IMG/VR virus record: IMGVR_UViG_3300028364_000083
Span: 1 to 35,186 of that record
DNA: 35,186 nucleotides
Reading direction: 5' to 3' (one strand)
Source of the DNA: a virus
Lineage: Duplodnaviria; Caudoviricetes
Part shown: positions 9,103 to 17,027 of the stretch, piece by piece
Layout of the letters: the number at the start of each line of letters is the position of its first letter
Numbering within the stretch: position 1 is the stretch's first letter
Notes under the pieces: model-generated
The model's database searches: none
What the model was told of the DNA's origin: nothing
The model's input: the letters and a program-made list of their open reading frames with translations, nothing else
Program-made: the position numbers and the translations under genes

Positions 9103-10838
9103 TATTCCATTCCCATCTCAGTAGGTGTCTCTTGCTCCATACTCTGAACCAAGTCTTGTTGTACTAACATAGAACGTTTCTCTGCTTCACCTTGTTCATC
9201 AATTGCCGCGAACTTAGATATAATACCGTATTCCTCTAGCCCTGACAACTCTGATATAGCTTTAGCTAAATTATAACTGTTTACATGACCAGCAATTATT
9301 GGATGCAGTTGAGACATACTTTGTATACCCGCTAACTGTTGTAACATACGAGTAAAACGTCTAGAACCTCTAGGTTGTATCTGAGCGTTAGCTTCAAGGT
9401 CTTCTTTCGTAACAGTCATTACTGTTCTTATGCCATCGTTATCGGCTGAAAGGACAGTGGCTACAGCTTGGAAGTTCTGAATAGCTATTGCAATTTGGTC
9501 TTTAATAACCTTCTCAATACAGTCTTGTTCGTACTGAGCTACTTTATCTATAAACCCTCTAAAAGCACCCTCTGTAAGATTCTGTACTTCAAAGGCTGTC
9601 TTCTCTCCGGGACTTCTAAAACCTAGGACATCTGAAGGCAGTCCTACTGATTGGACAATATCTTGTTGAATAAGTTCAATCTCTGTGTTAAAAGATAACG
9701 TTGAGCTATCTGGAGCTATGTCTCTAGCGTCTCCACCTACAGGGGCCCAGATCTCTCTACGGCCTGTACTGTCGTCATAAATAATCTCAGGTTCGCCTAT
9801 GTACAGCTCATCAGGATTAATCATTCGATCTATAGCATCGTTCTTAGCATTTTGTCTGTGGTTAATCATGTAGTTCAAACCAATAATAGGTTCAAGAGGT
9901 CCTTGTGACCACAGGTTATCGCCACGTTCCTTCCATCCACCTTTACGTATACGTGACTCAGGGCAACTGTAGTTACTTACAACGTCCCCGTAATCGGCTA
10001 TAATAATACATCTGTCGTCTATAACTTCTAAAGAAGCTTCGTCAAAAATACTGCCGTAAAAGAACAACAAATCTACGTATCCTGAACGAAAGTAGCTTGT
10101 TAAAGAATCAAAGCCTTGAGCAGTGAACTGTGCATCTTTGAAGTAATCATTGCTTGTAACACTGTCTCCGGTTCCTGTTCTTCTCAGTAAAATACCCTTA
10201 ACTACTTCCTGATCTACACTTTCAGGGAAGTTCTTAGCAAACCTTGCGAACTCACCGACCGTCATTCGCTGTCTAACGATTTTAAAACTGTCATCAAAGC
10301 TAGGGGCTGTCGGATCAAAGATAATGTCGTACGGGCTGATACGGTGCGTTTTAGGGCCTATGTAGCCTGCTACAACTTGTCCATCTACAACCTTACTCTC
10401 GTCAACCATCGCTGTTTGTAAAAAAGCGTTACCGTAAGCACGTAAATCATCTAAAGACTTTTTACCTATACGAGTAAAGCCTGTTAAGGAATGAATCTTT
10501 TTAAGGTAAGCTAATACCTTATCCCGTTTGTCTTTAGAAATACCTGTACGGTCTAGTGGCTCCCACCCTAACCAATCTTCGTGTGGAAAAGCTGTAGCGT
10601 TTAAGATGCTTCCAAGCTTTTCATCAATCATGTGAACAGCCGGGGTGTGCATACTGTGATCAAAGTTATTGCCACCTTTTAAATCACGAGTGTCTGTAGC
10701 AAACCTGTACAGGTCTACCTCTTTCCAATTGTCTAAAGCTTTAACCCTGGAGTTATTGTATTGGCTCCAAAAGCCTGAAATAGCCGTAGCTACTAACTTG
10801 CTTGAGCTATAATCTGTGAAGTTAACTGGTCGTGTCAT
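9102..10838 (-). CDS. Portal protein
   Basis: 578 aa after the terminase, with podovirus portal motifs YGNAF, RISPYDIIFDPTA, WSQGPLE and PGEKTAFEV..L. Confidence 0.9.
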   Translation of the reverse strand: MTRPVNFTDYSSSKLVATAISGFWSQYNNSRVKALDNWKEVDLYRFATDTRDLKGGNNFDHSMHTPAVHMIDEKLGSILNATAFPHEDWLGWEPLDRTGISKDKRDKVLAYLKKIHSLTGFTRIGKKSLDDLRAYGNAFLQTAMVDESKVVDGQVVAGYIGPKTHRISPYDIIFDPTAPSFDDSFKIVRQRMTVGEFARFAKNFPESVDQEVVKGILLRRTGTGDSVTSNDYFKDAQFTAQGFDSLTSYFRSGYVDLLFFYGSIFDEASLEVIDDRCIIIADYGDVVSNYSCPESRIRKGGWKERGDNLWSQGPLEPIIGLNYMINHRQNAKNDAIDRMINPDELYIGEPEIIYDDSTGRREIWAPVGGDARDIAPDSSTLSFNTEIELIQQDIVQSVGLPSDVLGFRSPGEKTAFEVQNLTEGAFRGFIDKVAQYEQDCIEKVIKDQIAIAIQNFQAVATVLSADNDGIRTVMTVTKEDLEANAQIQPRGSRRFTRMLQQLAGIQSMSQLHPIIAGHVNSYNLAKAISELSGLEEYGIISKFAAIDEQGEAEKRSMLVQQDLVQSMEQETPTEMGME

Positions 10839-12439
10839 GCTCTTCTTCTACCTTTTCCAAATCTACTTATGTTTACTACATTACTGCTTCTAATTGAGGG
10901 GCGAGACTTTGCAGCCCTTTTACCAGTGCTTACTGCCATAAACACAGCATCTTTTAAATCGTCGTGAGGCGGTCTTGTTAACCTTAGTTCCTCTTCGAAG
11001 TCTTTAGTGTACCCACCTTTAGTGTGGTAAACACTTTTAGTTTTATACAAGGAGTTAAACAACTGTAAGTTACGTTCTTCTTTAGATTGAGACATTTGGT
11101 TTTTATGTTGATGGTTAACAATTAGAGGTACACCATCTTGTCTAAGAGAAGCTGTTAAAAAGTTAGCTATAACCTTGCCTCCTACGTTTGTTTCCACTGT
11201 TACCTCGGGAAAGGACCAATAATCCCAAAGCTCCTTAAGGTGAGTGTAGTATGTTTCAGCCTGTGCAGTTTGAAACCTTCTAAGGTCCAATATGTACAAA
11301 TACCCCTCAGAGTCAAACGCAGTAACAGCGATAGCCGTGTAATCTCTTTTAACTCTTTTGTTTCCACTTCCCTCAGAAAACGCTAAATCCATGCCAGCAT
11401 TCAGTTTTAAAGGTTTGTCAGCGTAATGCCACTTGCCTGATTTGTTTTCTAAGAGTTGCTGGTTGATATACATAAAGTGTTCAGCACTGATGTTGTCTAC
11501 GTCAGCCGCATTGGGGTCGTTGTAATACTGAGCGTAATACAGTTCTAAGTTAAAAGCTTCTGCTTTCTTTTTAGCTAATTCGTTTTGATTAAAACCATAC
11601 CAGTTACCGTCAGGCATTTTTTGTCTAGGCCAAGTAAAAATTCCAGAACCATCTTTTTTTAAACTGTTTTCTACAACCCTTTCAAACCACTGCCAAAGAG
11701 GTCTTTCCTCTATAGGTGTACCTTCTTCGTTGTACACTGTGTGTGTTTTTTCTTGAAGGTCTGCATACAGGTCGTTGTCTCCGTATCTTGTGCCTACCAT
11801 CCACTTAATACTGCCTGTTGTGGCAATACTTGCGTAACTTTGGTATACTTCCCTTATAGCCTCACGTTCCGTTGCAGATGAATAATTTTCGTTTGTAACT
11901 AAGTCATCAAAAATGCACATTTTGTAGTGAGCACCAGTGTTTGTACTTTTAGCAGAGGTAGCCGATATTGTCGGGTCTTTTTCTGACTTAGGGCGTTCAG
12001 GGTGGTCTACCGCAATTTCGCTCTTAGTCCATGTCCCTGTAGGCTTGTGTTCCATTTTTCTTGTTCTAGCGCTAAGCTCGTAGTTCAACATCTCAGGCCA
12101 TAACGCTCTGTGTGTTTCCCCTTTAAAGATGTTTTGGATAACTGTAAGTTGTCTATCCGCTAGTGTAGGGTTACTACTTACGTAAGTAACAGTAAACCAA
12201 GGGAACTTAGTAATAGCCCAAGAACAGGCTACAGCTATACAAAAAGACTTTTGATGATCTCTAGGAATTAAAGCTGAAGCATTATCTCCTTCACCTGTAA
12301 GGATTGCTTTTTCTAAAGAACGCTGAAAAAACATAAACATATCTTGGTGTACATCTCCAAAATACCTTTTAGGAAACATAACTTGAGCGTAAGTAAATAA
12401 ATCGTTTTCACACTCTAGTCTGTATTGCTTATTGCTCAT
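10835..12439 (-). CDS. terL: Terminase large subunit
   Basis: ATPase with variant Walker A (PRDHQKS), Walker B (CIFDDLV) and coupling motif (VGTRY). RNase H-like nuclease with GMDLAF, DYTAI, VETN and HDDLKDA. Start placed at ATG 12439 (MSNKQ); the ORF track uses TTG 12463. Confidence 0.92.
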   Translation of the reverse strand: MSNKQYRLECENDLFTYAQVMFPKRYFGDVHQDMFMFFQRSLEKAILTGEGDNASALIPRDHQKSFCIAVACSWAITKFPWFTVTYVSSNPTLADRQLTVIQNIFKGETHRALWPEMLNYELSARTRKMEHKPTGTWTKSEIAVDHPERPKSEKDPTISATSAKSTNTGAHYKMCIFDDLVTNENYSSATEREAIREVYQSYASIATTGSIKWMVGTRYGDNDLYADLQEKTHTVYNEEGTPIEERPLWQWFERVVENSLKKDGSGIFTWPRQKMPDGNWYGFNQNELAKKKAEAFNLELYYAQYYNDPNAADVDNISAEHFMYINQQLLENKSGKWHYADKPLKLNAGMDLAFSEGSGNKRVKRDYTAIAVTAFDSEGYLYILDLRRFQTAQAETYYTHLKELWDYWSFPEVTVETNVGGKVIANFLTASLRQDGVPLIVNHQHKNQMSQSKEERNLQLFNSLYKTKSVYHTKGGYTKDFEEELRLTRPPHDDLKDAVFMAVSTGKRAAKSRPSIRSSNVVNISRFGKGRRRA

Positions 12440-12785
12440 TCTTTGACTCTCTTCCCTCGCCAAGGCGAAATTTAATTATTCCAAGGTCTTTGTGTATGCT
12501 GGCTAAAATAGCTGAAAACGCTTTTAATTCCCCTTTAGTTTCAGCTAAACTTAACTGAAAAGGTTCAACAATGTGTTCTTTAATTTCAATTTTGTCGTAA
12601 TAATTTTTAGTTAGTTCCATTTCCAAGCTCACTATTTTATCTCTAAGAGTTTTTTCGCTTTGCTCGGCCTGCGTTAATCTTTTGTCTAGCTTATCGAAAT
12701 AACTCTTGGTTATCCAACTGGCCGCCCCTATAAGGGGAAGCCAGAGGAACTTAAGTACAAAGGTTACAAATTCGGTTTCATTCAC
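12429..12785 (-). CDS. Membrane-anchored coiled-coil protein (possible lysis accessory)
   Basis: 118 aa with one N-terminal hydrophobic segment (FVTFVLKFLWLPLIGAASWI) followed by heptad repeats. Confidence 0.55.
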   Translation of the reverse strand: MNETEFVTFVLKFLWLPLIGAASWITKSYFDKLDKRLTQAEQSEKTLRDKIVSLEMELTKNYYDKIEIKEHIVEPFQLSLAETKGELKAFSAILASIHKDLGIIKFRLGEGRESKNEQ

Positions 12786-13261
12786 TTTCTAACACCTTTC
12801 ATTAATTTTGCAATATCTACTACCTCCGCAGGGGCAGAGACCTTTTTAGGCCTCCCTGCTTTATGTTTAGTGCTGATTTCGTGAAGGTATCTGCTTGCGG
12901 CTACATTGCCAGTTTTAACTTGGTCTATTAACTGAGACTTAGCTAAAGATTCATCTCTCAGTTTCATTTGATTACGCCAGTTATTAAGCCCTCCATATAC
13001 CATACCGGTTGATGTAGTGTATCCCTCTGTAAACCAAGAAAGATTGCAAAGTTTTTCCCAGTGTTCCCAACTACCTAAAATTGTAATAGCCGCTTCGTAC
13101 TCGTCTACAGACTCAATAAAAATCTTAGCAACACTGGTGTAAGTATTTCCACGTTTCGATGTGTAATCAACTGACCTAAGAGTAAACGGAGCCTCTAGGT
13201 TATTGAACTCGTAAAACAACCCTTGTGTTAGTTGTATTCCGTTTTCTGCTTTGTAGTCCAT
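12782..13261 (-). CDS. Putative terminase small subunit
   Basis: 159 aa helical protein two genes upstream of terL, with EYEAA..ILGSWEHW..L, GNVAASRYL and a KAGRPKK tail. Confidence 0.6.
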   Translation of the reverse strand: MDYKAENGIQLTQGLFYEFNNLEAPFTLRSVDYTSKRGNTYTSVAKIFIESVDEYEAAITILGSWEHWEKLCNLSWFTEGYTTSTGMVYGGLNNWRNQMKLRDESLAKSQLIDQVKTGNVAASRYLHEISTKHKAGRPKKVSAPAEVVDIAKLMKGVRK

Positions 13262-13341
13262 TACATACCCTTTTTGCTTTTCTTTTTTGCAGGCGCTTTG
13301 CTGTTCGGTTTAGGTGATGGTTTTCTTTTTGGTGCTTTCAT
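13261..13341 (-). CDS. 26-aa Lys/Pro-rich peptide
   Basis: Below the ORF-track cutoff. Reads MKAPKRKPSPKPNSKAPAKKKSKKGM with RBS AAGGT, and its TAA overlaps the next ATG (TAATG). Confidence 0.65.
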   Translation of the reverse strand: MKAPKRKPSPKPNSKAPAKKKSKKGM

Positions 13342-13371
13342 AGTAGTAACCTTTTTTAAACAATGTTTTTC

Positions 13372-15240
13372 TTAACCCCTAACTATTGAGCCGCTAAAGG
13401 AAGTAAAGGCATCCACTGCATTTCCTCTTATTACGTCTATAGTGGTTGCTGGAGTTGCCTTTATAACCTGCAAAGTAACCCTTGCTGTATTCCCCACGTT
13501 CATAAGTGCAAGGCACGTACCTGTTATTGTATATTGCCCTCCTGTAAAAAAATCGTTAGCAGACAAGGATTGTCTTATAACATAATAGTCTCTACCTGTA
13601 GTTTTAATTGAAGCTTTTACTATATCGCCAGCCTCAAGTCCACCAAGCGTAATATTGGTTTTTAATTCCCAAATACCACATTGCTTTGCGGTAAAGATAC
13701 CGTTATTGTCAGTTTCAAGGTTGTAATCAAACTCTTTGTTACTTCCAAAATTTACAGTGTAGGTTTCGCCATCTCCTGTAACATTTTCTCTATCTGAGGA
13801 TAAGCGAATATTAAAGATAGAGGGGAGCCAAGAAACACGCTCATTTACTGAGGTTCTGTTTGCCCATCCACCTGAACTATTTCTCCATTGCCCAGCTCTG
13901 TGTAAAAAACCAGTGTCTGCTACATTTGAATTTGATATTAGCGTTAGTCTAGTGTTAACGTCAGCCCTGTACTGTATCATTGGAAAATTTTCATTCCATT
14001 CAGGCGTTGCCATTAAATCAGGGTCTATAATTGTTAACTCTTTTCCACCATTTACAAAAACACTGTTAGACCTGAAGCATCCATCAAGTCTGAGGTTTCC
14101 ACCGTTTAAAATCATTGCGGTTGCAGAGTTAAAGCCTTCTAAATAAACCTTATTTAAAAAGAAAGACCCACCGTCTACTGTTATGGCCTCTCTCCAATTT
14201 TCAATTACACCTCCAATAAACCCGTTATTATCCCCACCTCTATGTATCACTGGACTTTTTGAATCTAAGTCTGCTTGATTGTGCCTAACCTCACATCCAT
14301 AAAAATGATTAGCGTTTACTGCGTTACCCGCAACACCCACTTCTCCAAATATAATTCCAAAAGCTGTTCTAAAAAAGTTACATGAATAAAACTGATTAGT
14401 GAAAGCTACACTTTGAAAAAACACGGATATTGTACCGGGTCTACCTGCTCCCTCAACATTTATGTTATAGAATTTATTTAGTTGGGTAGATGTACCTCCA
14501 TTACTAAACAACTTAATAGCAACAGCATTATCAACATCAAATACAATGCTAATATCCGAAACTACAAAATACAAACATTCAAACAAATTAAAAAGGTTAA
14601 TACCTGAAGCGGCTATTCTAAATTCCGTGGAAGGGCAACCTGTTAAGGAGTGCCGAGAAACCCCGTTGATGTCAGAGAGGCATTTAAAAACACCATCTCC
14701 GGCAGTTACTTTTGGATACTTAACAATCGCGGCATTAATATTAGGCGATGAGTCATTAATGTTTGTTGGGTCTGCACCTGCCGCCTCAATACTTAAAGAC
14801 TCTGATATTACAAGCTGAGCTAAATTACCGTTTGCAATGGTATGGTCAACAAACCCATCTGCTGTGCCTGTTGTAATTATGTAATTTAGGTTTTGAATTA
14901 GCGGACCGTCTGCATAATACCTAGTAAGCGATACCCTTTGCCCTACAGAAAGGTTTTGCAGTTTCATTTGAGCTACGTTGTCAAACACAGGAGTTCCGTC
15001 TAACTTTACAGGGAGGGTAAAGGTTTTTAACTCTTGAAGGCGTAAGGGTTCTGTTAAGGATACAGGGGCAGGCAGATTAATTATACGTTCAGAGTCCATA
15101 TCTAACGTATCTGTCATTTGATTAGGCTGTCCGTCGATCGGAGCTCGGTCTAACTTGCTCTCAATGCTGACTTTAATTTTCTCTAGTTCTGCATTAATAG
15201 CTGGAGTTGTTGAAACTGTTTGGTTTTGGTAATTAGGCAT
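13372..15240 (-). CDS. Tail spike / receptor-binding protein: N-terminal anchor, beta-helix depolymerase-like core, C1q-like C-terminus
   Basis: The likely start is ATG 15240 (TAATG overlap with the holin), giving 622 aa. Anchor motif LDMDSERIINLPAP..EPLRL. GADPT..NDSSPNINAAI opens a pectate-lyase-like beta-helix with Asn ladders. The C-terminus V.F....FD....GIFTA..G.W...FTSFSG fits a C1q/TNF-like domain. Confidence 0.8.
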   Translation of the reverse strand: MPNYQNQTVSTTPAINAELEKIKVSIESKLDRAPIDGQPNQMTDTLDMDSERIINLPAPVSLTEPLRLQELKTFTLPVKLDGTPVFDNVAQMKLQNLSVGQRVSLTRYYADGPLIQNLNYIITTGTADGFVDHTIANGNLAQLVISESLSIEAAGADPTNINDSSPNINAAIVKYPKVTAGDGVFKCLSDINGVSRHSLTGCPSTEFRIAASGINLFNLFECLYFVVSDISIVFDVDNAVAIKLFSNGGTSTQLNKFYNINVEGAGRPGTISVFFQSVAFTNQFYSCNFFRTAFGIIFGEVGVAGNAVNANHFYGCEVRHNQADLDSKSPVIHRGGDNNGFIGGVIENWREAITVDGGSFFLNKVYLEGFNSATAMILNGGNLRLDGCFRSNSVFVNGGKELTIIDPDLMATPEWNENFPMIQYRADVNTRLTLISNSNVADTGFLHRAGQWRNSSGGWANRTSVNERVSWLPSIFNIRLSSDRENVTGDGETYTVNFGSNKEFDYNLETDNNGIFTAKQCGIWELKTNITLGGLEAGDIVKASIKTTGRDYYVIRQSLSANDFFTGGQYTITGTCLALMNVGNTARVTLQVIKATPATTIDVIRGNAVDAFTSFSGSIVRG

Positions 15241-15668
15241 TAAGGCCCCTTCTTGAATTGTTTTGCTACATTGAATTGCTGATTGTTGAAATACCATCTT
15301 AGACCATAAGTAGCGGAAAGGATACCAAAGGCTCCGAACCACCACCAATAAGGCATTGTATCCATAAAACTTACCCACTCTTTAGCTCCTATAAATCTCC
15401 AATAGGTTTCTGGTACTCCTGTGATTTTGTTTAAGTGCTCTATTTGCTCCCACCAACCCACAACCATAGGGGAGTACCATACACCTAAAAGCAGTTCATC
15501 CTTCCAAGAAGACTTAGCCGCCCGTTGTGCTTCTAGGTCCCAATCTTGTTCTCCAGTTAAAGCTCTAAGGTTGTATGCGGACGTAGCTTCTTGTTTACTA
15601 ACCTTAACTTTAACCCAACCTTCAAAGATTCTTCCTATAGCGCCTGTTACTGCTGTCCAAGGATTCAT
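15240..15668 (-). CDS. Holin (3TM/GTA-holin-like)
   Basis: 142 aa with an SSWKDE motif followed by hydrophobic segments (LLLGVWYSPMVVGWW; MPYWWWFGAFGILSATYGLR) and a basic C-terminus. Confidence 0.7.
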   Translation of the reverse strand: MNPWTAVTGAIGRIFEGWVKVKVSKQEATSAYNLRALTGEQDWDLEAQRAAKSSWKDELLLGVWYSPMVVGWWEQIEHLNKITGVPETYWRFIGAKEWVSFMDTMPYWWWFGAFGILSATYGLRWYFNNQQFNVAKQFKKGP

Positions 15669-15847
15669 TAATGTACTCTCGAAAATTTAATTTGTTGCTC
15701 ATACACAGGATAGATAGTTACGAACTGGTCGTCTAGTGTATCTAGTACAACTACAACCGAATCATCGTCTACGTGTTCGATGTGTTCTACGAATCCTTGA
15801 TGCTTATCAATACTTACGAATTGATTTTCATATTTATCTAATTTCAT
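15668..15847 (-). CDS. 59-aa acidic hypothetical protein, first gene of the late operon
   Basis: Just below the ORF-track cutoff. Reads MKLDKYENQFVSIDKHQGFVEHIEHVDDDSVVVVLDTLDDQFVTIYPVYEQQIKFSRVH with RBS AGGA and a TAATG overlap with the holin. Confidence 0.7.
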   Translation of the reverse strand: MKLDKYENQFVSIDKHQGFVEHIEHVDDDSVVVVLDTLDDQFVTIYPVYEQQIKFSRVH

Positions 15848-15920
15848 TTTAGTTCCTAGGTATTGTATACAAACATCCTAGGAACATTCTAGGAAGATTT
15901 ATACAATACTTAATTATTTT

Positions 15921-16001
15921 TATTTAACTTAATTATATTTAATTATATTTAATACTTATTTAATACTTATTTAATACTTATTTAATACATCCTGTATTTA
16001 A
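15921..16001 (-). repeat. AT-rich array of TTAAATA (minus strand) with 10-11 bp phasing
   Basis: TATTTAA at 15921, 15936, 15946, 15957, 15968, 15979 and 15995. The unit TTTAATACTTA occurs three times in tandem at 15948-15980. Confidence 0.85.
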
Positions 16002-16026
16002 AAGCCCCCTTACATCCCTATAAGGG

Positions 16027-16055
16027 TTGGACCCTAGGAAGTGCTGTTTAGTTCA
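16027..16055 (-). promoter_or_regulatory. sigmaE/ECF-like promoter heading the late operon
   Basis: Minus strand TGAACT-N17-GTCCAA. The same bipartite motif recurs at three other sites. Confidence 0.65.
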
Positions 16056-16309
16056 ATGTTTTTTAATCTTTTTTACTTTTATTTTGTTTATGTAGTATAG
16101 CGTCTTCCTATAACGCCATCAAGATGGCACGTAAACAAGTTTACATAAGAGCACGCCAAGGATGGTCAGCCAACATTAGACAATATTGTCAAGAACTATA
16201 AAACTGTAGAGAAGCTTTTCACTCGTAGGATGCTTTAATTTTTGTAAAAATTCCTGGAGTGGTATGCACTAACCCCCTGCACGAAATAAAAACCCCCTGT
16301 ACCCCCCTA

Positions 16310-16349
16310 AGAAGTCTGTACGTGTGAACGTCTGGACGTATAGACGGCT
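16310..16349. promoter_or_regulatory. MetJ operator-like array (five tandem Met boxes)
   Basis: AGAAGTCT GTACGTGT GAACGTCT GGACGTAT AGACGGCT match AGACGTCT at 7, 5, 6, 6 and 7 of 8 positions, in exact 8-bp register. Confidence 0.7.
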
Positions 16350-16406
16350 AGGGGGCTGGATGGGTAGGTGGTGGTGGGTTAGCACCCTATCGCTATCATG
16401 CTCGGC

Positions 16407-16419
16407 TAAGTGTTTGATT
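16407..16419 (-). promoter_or_regulatory. IHF site
   Basis: Minus strand AATCAAACACTTA matches WATCAANNNNTTR exactly. Confidence 0.5.
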
Positions 16420-16545
16420 ACTAAGGGATACGCCTATAAATAGGCAACTACATAAGCATAGGTTATAGTATACCTGTTTAGGTATTCATTTAAATGATTG
16501 GTTAATTGTATCGTTCTATGTATTGCGTAAACAAAAGATACGGTA

Positions 16546-16561
16546 TGCAATGACTATGCCA
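16546..16561 (-). promoter_or_regulatory. sigma54 (-24/-12) motif, leftward
   Basis: Minus strand TGGCATAGTCATTGCA, with exact GG-N10-GC spacing. Confidence 0.6.
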
Positions 16562-16572
16562 AGTTATACCTG

Positions 16573-16611
16573 TTTGAATAGTTATGCACTTTTTTAGCAT
16601 ATTTATTCATG
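16573..16611. promoter_or_regulatory. ArgR operator-like tandem ARG boxes
   Basis: Cores TGAATAGTTATGCA (16575) and AGCATATTTATTCA (16596) each match TGMATWWWWATKCA at 13/14. They are 21 bp apart (18-bp boxes plus a 3-bp spacer). Confidence 0.7.
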
Positions 16612-16735
16612 GTTTTTAAAAGGCGATTCGGGCCTGTACGGTATCAAGGTGAAACGATCTCAATGCAAGCCTTATGCAGGGTAAGAAAAATAGATCAGCG
16701 CTTAGGGTTCGATTAGGGACGTTTTAAAGGCATAG

Positions 16736-16750
16736 TGTTATAATGTAACA
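16736..16750 (+). promoter_or_regulatory. Extended -10 element (TGnTATAAT) embedded in a Zur-box-like palindrome
   Basis: TGTTATAATGTAACA differs at one position from the Zur core TGTTATAnTATAACA. TGTTATAAT is also a perfect extended -10. Confidence 0.5.
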
Positions 16751-16781
16751 AAACGGGTATTTTACCCTATTTATGTCAACA

Positions 16782-16797
16782 TGGCATGGTCTTTGCA
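16782..16797 (+). promoter_or_regulatory. sigma54 (-24/-12) motif, rightward
   Basis: TGGCATGGTCTTTGCA, with GG-N10-GC spacing and 14/16 identity to the leftward copy. Confidence 0.6.
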
Positions 16798-16877
16798 TTT
16801 CGCGCGCGCGCTCGTTTCCATCTATAAAAGCAATATTGCACTGCTATCATGATCCAGCCATACGTAACAAATAAAGG

Positions 16878-17006
16878 TTGCTTTGTAATACGCAACTGTT
16901 ATTGTGGGCATCTGTTCAGCCAGTCCAGGTTATTAGTTGAATAGGTGCAGGTTATAAATGTGTATTAGTTTAAATGATTAGCTTTAATATTATATCCCTG
17001 TATTGT
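16878..17006 (+). promoter_or_regulatory. Two tandem sigma70-like early promoters
   Basis: TTGCTT-N16-TATTGT (16878-16905, with a TG extension) and TAGCTT-N16-TATTGT (16979-17006), just upstream of the first boxA. Confidence 0.45.
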
Positions 17007-17027
17007 GTGTACATGGCCTAGCACATA

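Noticed and set aside
15241-15378. N-terminal 46 aa of the ORF-track tail spike (start 15378)
   Set aside because: It lies inside the holin gene; the TAATG-coupled ATG at 15240 fits the operon pattern.
915-15690. Plus-strand ORFs in the late region (915, 2348, 4206, 5479, 6677, 6895, 7185, 8454, 8786, 13913, 14546, 15421)
   Set aside because: They are antisense shadows of well-supported minus-strand genes, with no recognisable motifs.
16430-16670. Additional host sites (DnaA-like TTATGCACT, LysR-like ATAA-N7-TTAT, LacI-like GTGAAACGATCTCA, repeated TATACCTGTTT at 16469 and 16565)
   Set aside because: They are too short or degenerate to assign by eye in AT-rich DNA; they should be included in a PWM scan but are not claimed.
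16690-16725. tRNA suggested by GGTTCGATT
   Set aside because: There is no T-stem pairing, acceptor stem or cloverleaf.
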